DNA of 64,000 bases, taken from NCBI RefSeq assembly GCF_024223415.1, contig NZ_CP100500.1. The stretch is one strand, 5' to 3'. This document shows, in pieces, positions 1 through 15,305 of this stretch (position 1 is its first letter; the number at the start of each line of letters is the position of its first letter). The notes under the pieces were generated by a model. That model was not told the origin of the DNA. It saw only the letters and a program-made list of their open reading frames with translations, and did not search any database. Source of the DNA: Escherichia coli. Lineage in GTDB: Bacteria; Pseudomonadota; Gammaproteobacteria; Enterobacterales; Enterobacteriaceae. Made by a program: the position numbers and the translations under genes.

Positions 1-76
1 GGAATGTAAGCGCCAGAAATGCCTGGTGCCGTCCGACCGTATTGAACTGACTCGCCATATGAAAGAGGCCATCTGA
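1..76 (+). CDS. hycF: formate hydrogenlyase subunit HycF, C-terminal end only (truncated by window start)
   Basis: Open frame from position 2 reads [24 protein letters not shown] then TGA at 74-76, overlapping the hycG ATG (TGATG); operon context. Confidence 0.7.
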   Translation, partial: ECKRQKCLVPSDRIELTRHMKEAI

Positions 77-843
77 TGAGCAATTTATTAGGCCCCCGTG
101 ACGCCAACGGCATTCCGGTCCCGATGACGGTGGATGAATCCATCGCCAGCATGAAGGCGTCGTTACTGAAAAAAATCAAACGTTCTGCCTACGTTTACCG
201 CGTGGACTGCGGCGGCTGCAACGGCTGCGAAATCGAAATTTTCGCCACGCTTTCGCCGCTGTTTGATGCAGAACGCTTCGGCATTAAAGTCGTTCCTTCA
301 CCGCGTCATGCGGATATTTTACTGTTTACCGGCGCGGTCACCCGTGCAATGCGATCCCCTGCGCTGCGTGCGTGGCAGTCCGCGCCGGACCCGAAAATTT
401 GTATCTCCTACGGTGCCTGCGGTAACAGCGGCGGGATCTTCCACGATCTCTACTGCGTGTGGGGCGGTACGGATAAAATCGTCCCGGTGGATGTTTATAT
501 CCCTGGCTGCCCGCCAACGCCAGCCGCCACGCTGTACGGCTTTGCAATGGCGCTCGGCCTGCTGGAGCAGAAAATTCACGCCCGTGGGCCGGGTGAGCAG
601 GATGAACAACCGGCGGAGATCCTGCATGGCGATATGGTGCAGCCGCTGCGTGTGAAAGTGGATCGCGAAGCACGTCGACTGGCGGGTTATCGTTACGGTC
701 GTCAGATTGCCGATGATTACCTTACACAGTTAGGGCAGGGCGAAGAACAGGTTGCACGCTGGCTGGAAGCGGAAAACGATCCGCGTCTGAACGAGATTGT
801 CAGCCATCTGAATCATGTTGTTGAAGAGGCGCGTATCCGATGA
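76..843 (+). CDS. hycG: hydrogenase-3 small subunit HycG
   Basis: 255 aa ORF; NADH-quinone oxidoreductase 20 kDa-like Cys motifs ([12 protein letters not shown]); recognised as HycG. Confidence 0.95.
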   Translation: MSNLLGPRDANGIPVPMTVDESIASMKASLLKKIKRSAYVYRVDCGGCNGCEIEIFATLSPLFDAERFGIKVVPSPRHADILLFTGAVTRAMRSPALRAWQSAPDPKICISYGACGNSGGIFHDLYCVWGGTDKIVPVDVYIPGCPPTPAATLYGFAMALGLLEQKIHARGPGEQDEQPAEILHGDMVQPLRVKVDREARRLAGYRYGRQIADDYLTQLGQGEEQVARWLEAENDPRLNEIVSHLNHVVEEARIR

Positions 844-1250
844 GTGAAAAGGTGGTGTTCAGTCAACTGAGCCGTAAATTTATTGATGAGAACGATGCCA
901 CGCCCGCCGAGGCGCAGCAGGTGGTCTATTACAGCCTGGCGATTGGTCACCACCTTGGGGTTATCGATTGCCTGGAAGCAGCGCTCACCTGCCCGTGGGA
1001 TGAATATCTGGCATGGATTGCCACTCTGGAGGCGGGCAGCGAAGCCCGCCGCAAAATGGAAGGTGTGCCGAAGTATGGTGAAATCGTCATCGACATTAAC
1101 CATGTGCCGATGCTGGCCAACGCATTCGATAAAGCCCGGGCAGCGCAAACTTCGCAGCAGAAAGAATGGAGTACAATGCTGTTAAGTATGTTGCATGATA
1201 TTCATCAGGAAAACGCCATCTATTTTATGGTGAGGAGACTGCGTGACTGA
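840..1250 (+). CDS. hycH: formate hydrogenlyase maturation protein HycH
   Basis: 136 aa ORF overlapping hycG stop by 4 nt; recognised as HycH. Confidence 0.9.
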   Translation: MSEKVVFSQLSRKFIDENDATPAEAQQVVYYSLAIGHHLGVIDCLEAALTCPWDEYLAWIATLEAGSEARRKMEGVPKYGEIVIDINHVPMLANAFDKARAAQTSQQKEWSTMLLSMLHDIHQENAIYFMVRRLRD

Positions 1251-1713
1251 CGTTTTACTCTGTGTTGGCAATAGCATGATGGGCGATGATGGCGCAGGTC
1301 CGCTGCTGGCGGAAAAGTGCGCTGCCGCGCCGAAAGGTAACTGGGTGGTGATTGACGGCGGTAGTGCACCGGAAAACGACATCGTCGCCATCCGTGAACT
1401 GCGCCCTACGCGGTTACTGATTGTTGACGCTACTGATATGGGGCTAAACCCCGGCGAAATCCGCATCATCGACCCGGATGATATCGCCGAGATGTTTATG
1501 ATGACTACCCATAACATGCCGTTGAACTACCTTATCGATCAGTTGAAAGAAGATATTGGCGAAGTGATTTTCCTCGGCATCCAGCCGGATATCGTCGGCT
1601 TTTACTACCCGATGACCCAGCCGATTAAAGATGCGGTAGAAACCGTTTATCAACGACTGGAAGGCTGGGAAGGGAACGGCGGCTTCGCGCAGTTAGCGGT
1701 GGAAGAAGAGTAG
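1243..1713 (+). CDS. hycI: hydrogenase-3 maturation endopeptidase HycI
   Basis: 156 aa ORF, GTG start overlapping hycH stop; recognised as HycI. Confidence 0.93.
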   Translation: MTDVLLCVGNSMMGDDGAGPLLAEKCAAAPKGNWVVIDGGSAPENDIVAIRELRPTRLLIVDATDMGLNPGEIRIIDPDDIAEMFMMTTHNMPLNYLIDQLKEDIGEVIFLGIQPDIVGFYYPMTQPIKDAVETVYQRLEGWEGNGGFAQLAVEEE

Positions 1714-1784
1714 TTTTTCAATAAGGAATCAGGACAGGGATGTTCTTGATGGGGTGAACCAGCTCTGATGCCAAATGCTAAATT

Positions 1785-1864
1785 GCCCGATGCGCTGCGC
1801 TTATCGGGCCTACATGTCGCACGAACTATGTAGGCCGGATAAGGCGTTCACGCCGCATCCGGCA
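1785..1864. repeat. REP/BIME element (two inverted REP units)
   Basis: gcccgatgcgctgcgcttatcgggcctaca ... tgtaggccggataaggcgttcacgccgcatccggca; classic REP palindromes between convergent hycI and ascB. Confidence 0.85.
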
Positions 1865-1871
1865 CGGTTAC

Positions 1872-4762
<2,891 letters not shown>

Positions 4763-4846
4763 CGGAGTTTATCCTGTTATCAGTAGGGTAGATGTAGTTG
4801 TTATCAGTCGACGTGACGGAAAAATGCCGATGCTGAAACGGAATTA

Positions 4847-4936
4847 AGAAACCGGTTTCACAAAATCATGAATAGTTGCCACCAAATAAGCAAGAGAGTT
4901 AATTGTTCATTTTTTATATTTGTGAAACCGGTCACC
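4847..4936. promoter_or_regulatory. ascFB/ascG divergent control region with two LacI/GalR-type operator palindromes (putative AscG boxes)
   Basis: agAAACCGGTTTca at 4847-4860 (perfect 12-bp palindrome) and tgAAACCGGTcacc at 4923-4936, between divergent ascF and ascG starts. Confidence 0.55.
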
Positions 4937-5021
4937 TGAATATTTTTCCCGCCGATTGCGCAAGGACAATCGGCAAACGGTGCAGTACACTGCGTTGATT
5001 GCGTGTAAAGGGATGAAAATG

Positions 5022-6032
5022 ATGACGACGATGCTGGAAGTGGCGAAGCGCGCCGGGGTTTCAAAAGCGACCGTTTCCCGCGTGCTTTCAGGTAATGGCT
5101 ACGTCAGCCAGGAGACTAAAGATCGCGTGTTTCAGGCGGTAGAAGAGAGCGGTTACCGTCCAAACTTGCTGGCGCGCAATCTGTCGGCGAAGAGTACTCA
5201 GACGCTGGGGCTGGTAGTGACCAACACGCTTTACCACGGCATTTATTTTAGTGAATTACTGTTTCATGCCGCGCGAATGGCGGAAGAGAAAGGGCGGCAG
5301 TTGCTATTGGCAGATGGTAAACACAGCGCCGAAGAAGAGCGCCAGGCGATTCAGTATCTGCTGGATCTGCGCTGCGACGCGATCATGATTTATCCGCGCT
5401 TTTTAAGCGTGGATGAAATTGATGACATCATTGACGCGCACAGTCAGCCGATAATGGTGCTTAATCGCCGCCTGCGCAAAAATAGCAGCCATAGCGTCTG
5501 GTGCGATCATAAACAGACCAGCTTTAACGCCGTGGCAGAGTTGATAAACGCCGGACATCAGGAGATTGCTTTCCTTACCGGCTCGATGGATTCCCCCACC
5601 AGCATTGAACGTCTTGCCGGGTATAAAGACGCGCTGGCGCAGCATGGTATTGCGCTCAATGAAAAACTTATCGCTAACGGTAAATGGACGCCCGCCAGCG
5701 GGGCCGAAGGGGTAGAAACGTTGCTCGAACGTGGGGCTAAATTTAGCGCGTTAGTTGCCAGTAACGACGATATGGCGATAGGTGCGATGAAAGCGTTACA
5801 CGAGCGCGGCGTAGCGGTGCCAGAGCAGGTGTCAGTTATCGGATTCGATGATATCGCAATTGCCCCCTATATCGTTCCGGCGCTCTCCAGCGTAAAAATT
5901 CCGGTGACTGAGATGATTCAGGAAATTATTGGACGGCTGATTTTTATGCTCGATGGCGGGGATTTCTCACCGCCGAAAACCTTCAGCGGAAAACTGATCT
6001 GCCGCGACTCACTCATTGCTCTTTCGCGATAA
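5022..6032 (+). CDS. ascG: LacI-family repressor AscG
   Basis: ORF 4956..6032; start moved to MTTMLEVAKRAGVSKATVSRVL (HTH) giving 336 aa. Confidence 0.92.
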   Translation: MTTMLEVAKRAGVSKATVSRVLSGNGYVSQETKDRVFQAVEESGYRPNLLARNLSAKSTQTLGLVVTNTLYHGIYFSELLFHAARMAEEKGRQLLLADGKHSAEEERQAIQYLLDLRCDAIMIYPRFLSVDEIDDIIDAHSQPIMVLNRRLRKNSSHSVWCDHKQTSFNAVAELINAGHQEIAFLTGSMDSPTSIERLAGYKDALAQHGIALNEKLIANGKWTPASGAEGVETLLERGAKFSALVASNDDMAIGAMKALHERGVAVPEQVSVIGFDDIAIAPYIVPALSSVKIPVTEMIQEIIGRLIFMLDGGDFSPPKTFSGKLICRDSLIALSR

Positions 6033-6055
6033 ACATTGTCATCACATGTCATCGT

Positions 6056-6090
6056 CACTAGTGTCGATGACATCTTTTTTCCTGCATTAT
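6056..6090 (+). terminator. intrinsic terminator downstream of ascG
   Basis: atgtcatcg / cgatgacat 9-bp stem with 10-nt loop followed by cTTTTTT. Confidence 0.7.
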
Positions 6091-6180
6091 AGAAATTAAT
6101 TTCCTTAAATAACAGTGAATTAAAAACTGGCATGATTTGTGAATGTATCGGCGCATTAACTGTCATTGCTGGAGAATTTG

Positions 6181-6708
6181 ATGAACCGTTTCATCATTGC
6201 TGACGCGAGTAAATGTATTGGTTGCCGTACCTGTGAAGTGGCGTGCGTGGTTTCTCATCAGGAAAATCAGGACTGTGCATCGCTGACCCCGGAAACATTT
6301 TTACCGCGTATCCATGTCATTAAAGGTGTGAACATTTCCACGGCGACAGTTTGCCGTCAGTGTGAAGATGCACCGTGCGCTAACGTCTGCCCGAATGGTG
6401 CTATCAGCCGTGATAAAGGGTTTGTTCATGTGATGCAGGAACGTTGCATTGGTTGCAAAACCTGCGTTGTGGCTTGCCCGTATGGCGCGATGGAAGTGGT
6501 GGTACGTCCGGTGATCCGCAACAGCGGCGCGGGGCTGAATGTGCGGGCTGACAAAGCCGAAGCCAATAAATGCGACCTGTGCAACCATCGTGAAGACGGC
6601 CCGGCGTGTATGGCGGCTTGCCCGACTCATGCGCTAATTTGTGTCGATCGTAATAAACTTGAACAACTGAGCGCAGAAAAACGCCGCCGTACGGCGCTGA
6701 TGTTCTAA
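6181..6708 (+). CDS. hydN: 4Fe-4S ferredoxin-type electron transfer protein HydN
   Basis: ORF 6166..6708; start at MNRFIIAD gives 175 aa; four CxxCxxCxxxCP clusters. Confidence 0.92.
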   Translation: MNRFIIADASKCIGCRTCEVACVVSHQENQDCASLTPETFLPRIHVIKGVNISTATVCRQCEDAPCANVCPNGAISRDKGFVHVMQERCIGCKTCVVACPYGAMEVVVRPVIRNSGAGLNVRADKAEANKCDLCNHREDGPACMAACPTHALICVDRNKLEQLSAEKRRRTALMF

Positions 6709-6860
6709 AAATCTTACAGAACTGTTCTGGCATCAAAGGAATTCCCGGAAATATTCGTAGAATACGGAGCGGGCGGTATCGCCGACCTGAGACTGCCGGA
6801 TACGACGCTGTCGTGTCCGGCAGGGCGGGTTACGCAATTCATGATGGCGGGAATAACTCA

Positions 6861-9113
6861 ATGGCAAAAAACACATCTTGCGGTGTCCAACTGCGTATTC
6901 GTGGCAAAGTGCAGGGCGTCGGTTTTCGTCCGTTTGTCTGGCAGCTGGCACAGCAATTAAATCTTCACGGCGATGTCTGTAATGACGGCGATGGCGTAGA
7001 AGTCCGGCTGCTGGAAGACCCGGAAACGTTTCTTGTTCAATTGCATCAGCACTGCCCGCCGCTGGCGCGTATTGATAGCGTTGAGCGTGAACCGTTTATC
7101 TGGTCACAACTGCCCACTGAGTTCACTATCCGTCAGAGCGCGGGCGGCGCCATGAATACGCAAATTGTTCCCGATGCCGCCACTTGCCCTGCTTGCCTTG
7201 CCGAAATGAATACCCCAGGCGAACGGCGTTATCGTTATCCATTTATCAACTGTACCCACTGCGGCCCGCGCTTCACCATTATTCGCGCCATGCCTTACGA
7301 TCGCCCGTTTACCGTGATGGCGGCGTTTCCGCTGTGTCCAGCCTGTGATAAAGAGTACCGCGACCCGCTCGATCGTCGCTTCCACGCCCAGCCGGTGGCC
7401 TGCCCGGAGTGTGGCCCGCATCTTGAATGGGTAAGTCATGGTGAACATGCAGAACAAGAGGCGGCATTACAGGCGGCTATCGCACAGTTAAAAATGGGCA
7501 ACATTGTCGCCATCAAAGGGATTGGCGGATTTCATCTTGCCTGCGATGCACGTAACAGTAACGCGGTGGCGACACTTCGGGCGCGCAAACATCGCCCGGC
7601 GAAACCGCTGGCAGTCATGTTGCCAGTGGCTGACGGTTTACCAGACGCTGCGCGCCAGTTGCTTACCACGCCCGCTGCGCCGATTGTGCTGGTGGATAAA
7701 AAATACGTACCTGAGATTTGTGATGATATCGCCCCTGGCCTTAACGAAGTCGGGGTGATGTTGCCTGCGAACCCGCTCCAGCATTTGCTGTTACAGGAAC
7801 TGCAATGCCCGCTGGTGATGACCTCCGGCAACCTGAGCGGTAAACCACCGGCTATCAGCAACGAACAGGCGCTGGCGGATTTGCAGGGCATTGCCGACGG
7901 ATTCTTGATACATAACCGCGACATCGTGCAGCGGATGGATGATTCGGTGGTGCGCGAAAGCGGCGAAATGCTGCGCCGTTCGCGGGGGTATGTGCCGGAT
8001 GCGCTGGCTTTGCCTCCGGGCTTTAAAAATGTTCCGCCTGTGCTGTGTCTCGGCGCGGATCTGAAAAATACCTTCTGCCTGGTGCGCGGTGAACAAGCGG
8101 TGTTGAGCCAGCATCTGGGCGATTTAAGTGACGATGGCATCCAGATGCAGTGGCGCGAAGCGTTACGCCTGATGCGAAACATCTACGATTTCACCCCGCA
8201 ATACGTTGTGCATGACGCACATCCTGGCTATGTCTCCAGCCAGTGGGCGCGCGAAATGAATCTGCCGACGCAAACGGTGCTGCATCATCATGCCCATGCA
8301 GCGGCGTGTCTGGCAGAGCATCAGTGGCCGCTGGATGGCGGTGATGTCATTGCTTTGACGCTCGACGGTATCGGTATGGGGGAGAACGGCGCTTTGTGGG
8401 GCGGCGAGTGCCTGCGGGTGAACTATCGCGAATGTGAGCACCTGGGCGGCTTGCCTGCAGTGGTGCTTCCGGGTGGCGATTTGGCGGCGAAGCAGCCGTG
8501 GCGTAACCTGCTGGCGCAGTGCCTGCGCTTTGTGCCGGAGTGGCAGAATTACCCTGAAACGGCAAGTGTGCAACAGCAAAACTGGAGCGTGCTGGCGCGG
8601 GCCATTGAGCGTGGAATTAACGCGCCGCTGGCGTCATCGTGTGGGCGTTTGTTCGATGCTGTGGCGGCGGCACTGGGCTGTGCGCCAGCCACGTTAAGTT
8701 ATGAAGGTGAAGCGGCTTGTGCTCTGGAGGCGCTCGCAGATTCGTGCGACGGAGTGACGCATCCGGTGACGATGCCGCGGGTGGACAATCAACTGGATCT
8801 CGCCACTTTCTGGCAGCAGTGGCTGAACTGGCAGGCACCGGTTAATCAACGCGCGTGGGCGTTTCATGATGCGCTGGCGCAGGGTTTTGCCGCGTTGATG
8901 CGTGAGCAGGCCACGATGCGTGGTATCACTACGCTGGTATTTAGCGGCGGGGTTATTCATAACCGTTTGCTGCGTGCACGTCTGGCGCATTATCTCGCTG
9001 ATTTCACATTGCTCTTCCCGCAGAGTTTACCGGCGGGTGATGGCGGTTTGTCTCTGGGGCAGGGGGTTATTGCTGCGGCGCGTTGGTTAGCGGGTGAACT
9101 CCAGAACGGATAA
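6861..9113 (+). CDS. hypF: [NiFe]-hydrogenase maturation carbamoyltransferase HypF
   Basis: ORF 6813..9113; start at [25 protein letters not shown] (acylphosphatase domain) gives 750 aa; zinc-finger CxxC pairs, YrdC and Kae1-like domains. Confidence 0.93.
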   Translation: MAKNTSCGVQLRIRGKVQGVGFRPFVWQLAQQLNLHGDVCNDGDGVEVRLLEDPETFLVQLHQHCPPLARIDSVEREPFIWSQLPTEFTIRQSAGGAMNTQIVPDAATCPACLAEMNTPGERRYRYPFINCTHCGPRFTIIRAMPYDRPFTVMAAFPLCPACDKEYRDPLDRRFHAQPVACPECGPHLEWVSHGEHAEQEAALQAAIAQLKMGNIVAIKGIGGFHLACDARNSNAVATLRARKHRPAKPLAVMLPVADGLPDAARQLLTTPAAPIVLVDKKYVPEICDDIAPGLNEVGVMLPANPLQHLLLQELQCPLVMTSGNLSGKPPAISNEQALADLQGIADGFLIHNRDIVQRMDDSVVRESGEMLRRSRGYVPDALALPPGFKNVPPVLCLGADLKNTFCLVRGEQAVLSQHLGDLSDDGIQMQWREALRLMRNIYDFTPQYVVHDAHPGYVSSQWAREMNLPTQTVLHHHAHAAACLAEHQWPLDGGDVIALTLDGIGMGENGALWGGECLRVNYRECEHLGGLPAVVLPGGDLAAKQPWRNLLAQCLRFVPEWQNYPETASVQQQNWSVLARAIERGINAPLASSCGRLFDAVAAALGCAPATLSYEGEAACALEALADSCDGVTHPVTMPRVDNQLDLATFWQQWLNWQAPVNQRAWAFHDALAQGFAALMREQATMRGITTLVFSGGVIHNRLLRARLAHYLADFTLLFPQSLPAGDGGLSLGQGVIAAARWLAGELQNG

Positions 9114-9137
9114 AGCGTGTTGCATTTGGACACCCTT

Positions 9138-9220
<83 letters not shown>

Positions 9221-9240
9221 TTTTGGGCACAGTAGCCCGC

Positions 9241-10374
9241 CTACACCGGCAATGTTTTCAACAATCCAAATGCCTCTTTCATCCGATCCTCACTGACCAC
9301 AAAGGCGCGAAGTTGGTCTGCATCGTCAACACCGCGCGCCACCATTCCCTGGCGTTCGGTATTAATTTGCCAGCGTAAATCCTGACGCTGGGTTTCGCCT
9401 GCCAGATGCAGCGGTAATTCCGGCGTTTTGATTTTCACCAGCATCGCCGGTAGTTTCAGTGGCGTGTTATTGCCGAGAAGATTTTTTGCCAGCACCATCG
9501 CGCTAAGTTGAATCGGCTGCAGGAACGGCAGTACCTGACCGTTAATTTCCGCGCAATCGCCCAGCGCGTAAATATCGGCATTACTGGTTTGCAGATAACT
9601 ATCGACGCAAACGCCGCGATTAATCGTCAGCCCGGCGCGTTGTGCCAGGGCTGTTTCCGGGCGCAGTCCGGTGGCGGCAATTACCGCATCCACTTCGATA
9701 CTACGCTGGCGGTCCAGCGTTGCCAGAATGCCAGAATCCGTTTTTTCCAGCCCCTGCAACTGAGATTTCAACAGCAGATGAACGCCCATCTCCGTCAACC
9801 GATGCTGCAAGCGACTGCTTACTTCCGGTGGCATTAACGACGCCAGAATACTGGCAGCGTTGTCGATTAGCGTAACCATTTTGCCTGCACGACAAAAATC
9901 CATCGCCAGTTCGCTACCAATCAAACCACCGCCAACAATCAACACGCGTCGGGCATTCCGCAGTTGCGTTTCACAGGCGCGATACTCTTGCTGACTATTT
10001 AACGTCAGCATTAACTCACGCCCAGGCACTGGCGGGACAAAGGCGCTGGCACCGGTTGCCAGCACCAGCTTGTCGTATTGCCACTGATTATTCTGGCTTT
10101 TCACCACACGGGCTTCGGCATCGATATCCGTCACCCAGGTTTGCGGAAACAGGAGCAGATTAAACTGCTCGGCAAATTCACCCGCCGTCTGGCGGGTAAG
10201 GTCGTCGGCACGTTGCCCCTGACTGATAACATGGCTGAGGTCAGGTTTGTTGTACTCATCCATGCTGTCGGCGGCAATCAGGGTTAATGGAATACTGGCG
10301 TCCTGTTTGCGAATATTTTTCACCAGTTGGCGGGCGGCGAAGCCCGAACCAATGATCACAATGCCGTTGCTCAT
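9241..10374 (-). CDS. norW: NADH:flavorubredoxin reductase NorW
   Basis: 377 aa; FAD/NAD Rossmann motifs ([19 protein letters not shown]). Confidence 0.93.
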   Translation of the reverse strand: MSNGIVIIGSGFAARQLVKNIRKQDASIPLTLIAADSMDEYNKPDLSHVISQGQRADDLTRQTAGEFAEQFNLLLFPQTWVTDIDAEARVVKSQNNQWQYDKLVLATGASAFVPPVPGRELMLTLNSQQEYRACETQLRNARRVLIVGGGLIGSELAMDFCRAGKMVTLIDNAASILASLMPPEVSSRLQHRLTEMGVHLLLKSQLQGLEKTDSGILATLDRQRSIEVDAVIAATGLRPETALAQRAGLTINRGVCVDSYLQTSNADIYALGDCAEINGQVLPFLQPIQLSAMVLAKNLLGNNTPLKLPAMLVKIKTPELPLHLAGETQRQDLRWQINTERQGMVARGVDDADQLRAFVVSEDRMKEAFGLLKTLPV

Positions 10375-11810
10375 TTTGCCTCCGATGCCAGTTCGTCAAA
10401 GACGTCTTTGCCGAGGGAGCATTCCGGGCACAGGAAGTTATCCGGGACTTCACTCCACGGCGTTCCTGGCGCAACGTCCTGCATTGGCTCGCCTTTTGCC
10501 GGATCGTAAATCCACTGGCAGACGCTGCACTGCATCCGTGGGCCGAGGTCAGCCGTCGTGGTGGCAGAGGTTTCTTCTTTAACTACCGTATTCACCGTGC
10601 TCTGCGGCAGCGGCGCGAGCGCCCACTGACGGGCGATTTCGCGACCGTGTTCACGGCATAACTCCAGAGCGTCCTGGTCTGGTCGCCATTTCGCTTTCAG
10701 GCTAAGCGACATTTCGAAACCCGCATCCTGCAGGCGCGTGGAAAGACGATCCACCGCACCGCCGCTCCAGCCGTGAGAGCCGAAAGCACTGGCGCGTTTG
10801 TTACGGAAGCGTAATCCGGTCATCTCCTCCACCAGCCCGGCGATTTTCGGCATCATCACGTTATTCATCGTCGAAGTGCCGACCAGCACGCCTTTTGAGC
10901 GGAAGACATTGGTCAGGATTTCGTTTTTATCGCTTCGGGCGACGTTGAAAATTTTCACCGCCACGCGTGGGTCGGTTTCCGCAATCCCCTGGGCGATAGC
11001 GTCAGCCATCATGCGGGTGTTATTCGACATGGTGTCGTAGAAAATGGTGATTCTGTCTTCCTGATAATCAGCGGCCCACTTCAGGTACAGCTCGACAATT
11101 TGCGTCGGGTTATCGCGCCAGACCACGCCGTGGGAGGTCGCTATCATATCGACTGGTAAGTTAAAGCCCAGGATCTCGGTAATTTTCGGCGTTACCAGGC
11201 GGCTGAACGGCGTCAGGATATTGGCGTAGTAACGCTGGCACTGCTCGAAAAGCTCCGTCTGATCCACTTCATCGTTGAACAGATGCTCGTCGCAGTAGTG
11301 CTGACCGAAAGCATCGTTACTGAACAGCACCGCGTCGCCTGTCAGGTAAGTCATCATGCTGTCCGGCCAGTGCAGCATTGGTGTTTCGACAAAAATGAGC
11401 TGTTTGCCGTTGCCGATATCCAGCGTGTCGCCAGTTTTCACCACATTAAAATTCCACTCCGGATGATGGTGATGACCATTTATCGAGTCGATAGCGTTGG
11501 CTGTACAGTAGATCGGCGTATCGGGAATTTGTGCCATCAGTTCGGTTAGCGCCCCGGCGTGGTCCTCTTCTGCATGGTTAATCACGATGTAATCGATATC
11601 CGCCAGATCGATTTCATTACGCAGGTTCTGCACAAATTCGCGGCTGAATTTATGGTCGACGGTGTCGATCAGCACGTTTTTTTCTTCGCGGATGAGGTAG
11701 CTGTTGTAGCTGCTGCCGCGCAGCGTTTTATATTCCGTGCCGTGAAAATCTCGTACTTCCCAGTCACGTTGACCCACCCAATGAATGTTATTTTTCACCA
11801 CAATAGACAT
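10371..11810 (-). CDS. norV: anaerobic nitric oxide reductase flavorubredoxin NorV
   Basis: 479 aa; metallo-beta-lactamase-like, flavodoxin-like, and C-terminal rubredoxin Cys motifs (CSVCQW...CPEC); 4-nt overlap with norW. Confidence 0.93.
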   Translation of the reverse strand: MSIVVKNNIHWVGQRDWEVRDFHGTEYKTLRGSSYNSYLIREEKNVLIDTVDHKFSREFVQNLRNEIDLADIDYIVINHAEEDHAGALTELMAQIPDTPIYCTANAIDSINGHHHHPEWNFNVVKTGDTLDIGNGKQLIFVETPMLHWPDSMMTYLTGDAVLFSNDAFGQHYCDEHLFNDEVDQTELFEQCQRYYANILTPFSRLVTPKITEILGFNLPVDMIATSHGVVWRDNPTQIVELYLKWAADYQEDRITIFYDTMSNNTRMMADAIAQGIAETDPRVAVKIFNVARSDKNEILTNVFRSKGVLVGTSTMNNVMMPKIAGLVEEMTGLRFRNKRASAFGSHGWSGGAVDRLSTRLQDAGFEMSLSLKAKWRPDQDALELCREHGREIARQWALAPLPQSTVNTVVKEETSATTTADLGPRMQCSVCQWIYDPAKGEPMQDVAPGTPWSEVPDNFLCPECSLGKDVFDELASEAK

Positions 11811-11857
11811 AGCAACCTCAATTTATTCAGCGTGTTCTAAAAAGATGTCTTGCTAAT

Positions 11858-11873
11858 TGCAGATTGCGTGCCA
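11858..11873 (-). promoter_or_regulatory. sigma-54 (-24/-12) promoter of norVW
   Basis: Minus-strand reading TGGCACgcaatCTGCA, about 35 nt upstream of norV start. Confidence 0.75.
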
Positions 11874-11928
11874 GTTTTTTATCTAATTGTTTTTACTCTA
11901 TAAATAAAATTATGCTCATTAGTGAGTA

Positions 11929-11984
11929 GTCAAAATGACTATCAATCAAATGGTCGATATGACAATATCTATAGTCAAATTGAC
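11929..11984. promoter_or_regulatory. three NorR enhancer sites (GT-N7-AC inverted repeats)
   Basis: GTCAaaaTGAC 11929-11939, GTCGataTGAC 11953-11963, GTCAaatTGAC 11974-11984, in the norR-norV divergent region. Confidence 0.8.
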
Positions 11985-11996
11985 AGTGAGGCAAAG

Positions 11997-13511
11997 ATGA
12001 GTTTTTCCGTTGATGTGCTGGCGAATATCGCCATCGAATTGCAGCGTGGGATTGGTCATCAGGATCGTTTTCAGCGTCTGATCACCACGCTGCGTCAGGT
12101 GCTGGAGTGCGATGCGTCTGCGTTGCTACGTTACGACTCGCGGCAGTTTATTCCGCTTGCCATCGACGGGCTGGCGAAGGATGTACTCGGTAGACGCTTT
12201 GCGCTGGAAGGTCATCCACGGCTGGAAGCGATTGCCCGCGCGGGTGATGTGGTGCGCTTTCCCGCAGACAGCGAATTGCCCGATCCCTATGACGGTTTGA
12301 TTCCAGGGCAGGAGAGTCTGAAGGTTCACGCCTGCGTTGGTCTGCCGCTGTTTGCCGGGCAAAACCTGATCGGCGCATTGACGCTCGACGGGATGCAGCC
12401 CGATCAGTTCGATGTTTTCAGCGACGAAGAGTTACGCCTGATTGCCGCGCTGGCGGCGGGAGCGTTAAGCAATGCGTTGCTGATTGAGCAACTGGAAAGC
12501 CAGAATATGCTGCCAGGCGATGCCGCTCCATTTGAAGCGGTGAAACAGACGCAGATGATCGGTCTGTCGCCAGGCATGACGCAACTGAAAAAAGAGATTG
12601 AGATTGTGGCGGCGTCCGATCTCAACGTCCTGATCAGCGGTGAGACGGGAACCGGTAAGGAGCTGGTGGCGAAAGCGATTCATGAAGCCTCGCCACGGGC
12701 GGTGAATCCGCTGGTCTATCTCAACTGTGCCGCACTGCCGGAAAGTGTGGCGGAAAGTGAGTTGTTCGGGCATGTGAAAGGAGCATTTACTGGCGCAATC
12801 AGTAACCGCAGTGGGAAGTTTGAAATGGCGGATAACGGCACGCTGTTTCTCGATGAGATCGGCGAGTTGTCGTTGGCATTGCAGGCCAAGCTGCTGAGGG
12901 TGTTGCAGTATGGCGATATTCAGCGCGTTGGCGATGACCGTAGTTTGCGGGTCGATGTGCGCGTGCTGGCGGCGACTAACCGCGATTTACGCGAAGAGGT
13001 GCTGGCAGGGCGATTTCGCGCTGACTTGTTCCACCGCCTGAGCGTGTTTCCACTTTCGGTGCCGCCGCTGCGTGAGCGGGGCGATGATGTCATTCTGCTG
13101 GCGGGGTATTTCTGCGAGCAGTGTCGTTTGCGGCAGGGGCTCTCCCGCGTGGTATTAAGTGCCGGAGCGCGAAATTTACTGCAACACTACAGTTTTCCGG
13201 GAAACGTGCGCGAACTGGAACATGCTATTCATCGGGCGGTAGTGCTGGCGAGAGCCACCCGCAACGGCGATGAAGTGATTCTTGAGGCGCAACATTTTGC
13301 TTTTCCTGAGGTGACGTTGCCGCCGCCAGAAGTGGCGGCGGTGCCCGTTGTTAAGCAAAACCTGCGTGAAGCGACAGAAGCGTTCCAGCGTGAAACTATT
13401 CGTCAGGCACTGGCACAAAATCATCACAACTGGGCTGCCTGCGCGCGGATGCTGGAAACCGACGTCGCCAACCTGCATCGGCTGGCGAAACGTCTGGGAT
13501 TGAAGGATTAA
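11997..13511 (+). CDS. norR: sigma-54-dependent NO-responsive regulator NorR
   Basis: ORF 11922..13511; start at [16 protein letters not shown] gives 504 aa (ORF-track extension would cover the NorR sites); GAF, AAA+ ([14 protein letters not shown]) and HTH domains. Confidence 0.92.
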   Translation: MSFSVDVLANIAIELQRGIGHQDRFQRLITTLRQVLECDASALLRYDSRQFIPLAIDGLAKDVLGRRFALEGHPRLEAIARAGDVVRFPADSELPDPYDGLIPGQESLKVHACVGLPLFAGQNLIGALTLDGMQPDQFDVFSDEELRLIAALAAGALSNALLIEQLESQNMLPGDAAPFEAVKQTQMIGLSPGMTQLKKEIEIVAASDLNVLISGETGTGKELVAKAIHEASPRAVNPLVYLNCAALPESVAESELFGHVKGAFTGAISNRSGKFEMADNGTLFLDEIGELSLALQAKLLRVLQYGDIQRVGDDRSLRVDVRVLAATNRDLREEVLAGRFRADLFHRLSVFPLSVPPLRERGDDVILLAGYFCEQCRLRQGLSRVVLSAGARNLLQHYSFPGNVRELEHAIHRAVVLARATRNGDEVILEAQHFAFPEVTLPPPEVAAVPVVKQNLREATEAFQRETIRQALAQNHHNWAACARMLETDVANLHRLAKRLGLKD

Positions 13512-14473
13512 ATAATCCCGGCCTGATAGAAATCCTGCAGGTTAATTGCGCCGACGAGTTTGCCGTTTTCATCTACCACCGGTGCGGCAGTGATTTTGCG
13601 CTTCATCAGGATCTCTTTGGCGTCGATGGCGCGGCTTTGTGCCTGTAATGTGGTACCGCCTGTCGTCATCGCTTCATTAACTGGCGTGGTGAGTGCGCCG
13701 CCGCCAACCAGCCAGCGACGTAAATCGCCGTCGGTAAAGACGCCTTGTACCTGTTGTTGAGCGTCACATACCGCCACCAGCCCCAGACCGGTGCGGCTGA
13801 GTTCCAGCATCGCATCCATCACGCTGGCGGTTAACGCTACCTGTGGGATAGCGTCATCACGACGCATCAGATGATGCACTTTATTCAGCAAGCGAGCGCC
13901 CAGTGCCCCGGCTGGGTGGGAGCGGGCAAAATCTTCTTCATTAAATCCGCGCGCCTGCATGACCGCCATCGCCAGCGCGTCACCCATCATCAGGGTATTG
14001 ACGGTGCTGGAGGTCGGCGCAAGGTGCATCGGGCAGGCTTCGCGTTCTACGGAGATATCCAGCACCGCTTTCGCCGCCAGGCCCAGCGGTGACGTCGGTT
14101 TGCCGGTCATCGCCAGCAGCGCGATAGATTTGTCTTCCAGACGCGGAATAATCAGATCCAGTTCCTTCGCCCCACCGGAGTAAGAGATAAACAGCATCAC
14201 ATCGCGGCTTTCGATCATCCCCAGATCGCCGTGCAGCGCTTCTGCCGGATGGACAAAAAAAGCCGGTGTGCCGGTACTGGCAAGCGTTGCGGCGATTTTC
14301 TTACCAATGTGGCCCGATTTGCCAATTCCCGAAACCACCACTTTGCCTTCGCAGTGCAGGATGATATTGGCGGCGCGAACAAAATCATCGCCCAGACGTT
14401 CCGGTAAACGGCTTGCTTCCTGCAATTCCAGCATTAACGTCTGACGTCCCGCGTTCAGTAGTGCTTCACTCAT
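13508..14473 (-). CDS. gutQ: D-arabinose 5-phosphate isomerase GutQ (SIS + CBS domains)
   Basis: 321 aa; convergent 4-bp overlap with norR stop. Confidence 0.92.
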   Translation of the reverse strand: MSEALLNAGRQTLMLELQEASRLPERLGDDFVRAANIILHCEGKVVVSGIGKSGHIGKKIAATLASTGTPAFFVHPAEALHGDLGMIESRDVMLFISYSGGAKELDLIIPRLEDKSIALLAMTGKPTSPLGLAAKAVLDISVEREACPMHLAPTSSTVNTLMMGDALAMAVMQARGFNEEDFARSHPAGALGARLLNKVHHLMRRDDAIPQVALTASVMDAMLELSRTGLGLVAVCDAQQQVQGVFTDGDLRRWLVGGGALTTPVNEAMTTGGTTLQAQSRAIDAKEILMKRKITAAPVVDENGKLVGAINLQDFYQAGII

Positions 14474-15239
14474 TGCTCTCTCCGGTTATGATCACATCGA
14501 TCCCTTTCTCTTCCAGCGCCTGACGAAACGCCGGATCGATACCTGCGTCGGTAATCAGCTTATCGACGCTTTCAAGACTGCAAACTACGTTGGGGCTTTT
14601 ACGGCCAAACTTTGATGAGTCAGCCATCAAAATCACTTCGCGCGCGGCATTACACATCGCCTTACTGACGGTATAGACCTCGTTGAAGGTGGTTACGCCC
14701 GCATTGAGATCGATGCCGTCGGTGCCCATAAACAATTTATCGAAGGTGAAATGCTCGAAGGCATTCTCTGCCAGCTGCCCGTGAAATGAGGCCGATTTTT
14801 TACGAAACGTTCCGCCTGGCATCAGGATAGTTTGTTCGTTATCCAGTTCAGATAGCGCATTGACGATATGCAGACTGTTGGTCATCACCGTGATGTTATT
14901 AAAGCGCGAGAGCAGAGGCACCATCTGCAAAACGGTGCTGCCAGCATCAAGAATGATCGAATCGCCATCATGAATAAAACCAACGGCAGCTTCTGCTATC
15001 AGCTCTTTCTTGTGGGTGTTGATGAGTGTTTTATGATCGATAGGCGGATCGGCTTCCTCTTTATTCAACACCACTCCGCCATAAGTACGAATGACGGTTC
15101 CGGCATGTTCCAGAATGACCAGATCTTTGCGAATGGTTGTGCCTGTGGTGTCAAAGTATTGCGCCAATTCTTCAACCGAGCATTTACCCTGCTTTTGCAG
15201 ATACTCCAGAATGGCGGCCTGACGCTGACGAGGTTTCAT
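14466..15239 (-). CDS. srlR: DeoR-family glucitol operon repressor SrlR
   Basis: 257 aa; recognised as SrlR/GutR. Confidence 0.92.
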   Translation of the reverse strand: MKPRQRQAAILEYLQKQGKCSVEELAQYFDTTGTTIRKDLVILEHAGTVIRTYGGVVLNKEEADPPIDHKTLINTHKKELIAEAAVGFIHDGDSIILDAGSTVLQMVPLLSRFNNITVMTNSLHIVNALSELDNEQTILMPGGTFRKKSASFHGQLAENAFEHFTFDKLFMGTDGIDLNAGVTTFNEVYTVSKAMCNAAREVILMADSSKFGRKSPNVVCSLESVDKLITDAGIDPAFRQALEEKGIDVIITGESNE

Positions 15240-15305
15240 GGGCGTGATTACCTGATTTAGGTTTCAAAATGATAACTTCGCAAGCAAGTAACATTCACAA
15301 CGAAA

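Noticed and set aside
11922-11996. ORF-track N-terminal extension of norR, with similar upstream extensions for mltB, hypF, gabP, lhgO, proX, recA, ascG, emrA and emrB
   Set aside because: The extensions run through mapped regulatory sites or lack an RBS; internal Met starts give the known protein lengths and sensible signal peptides or domains.
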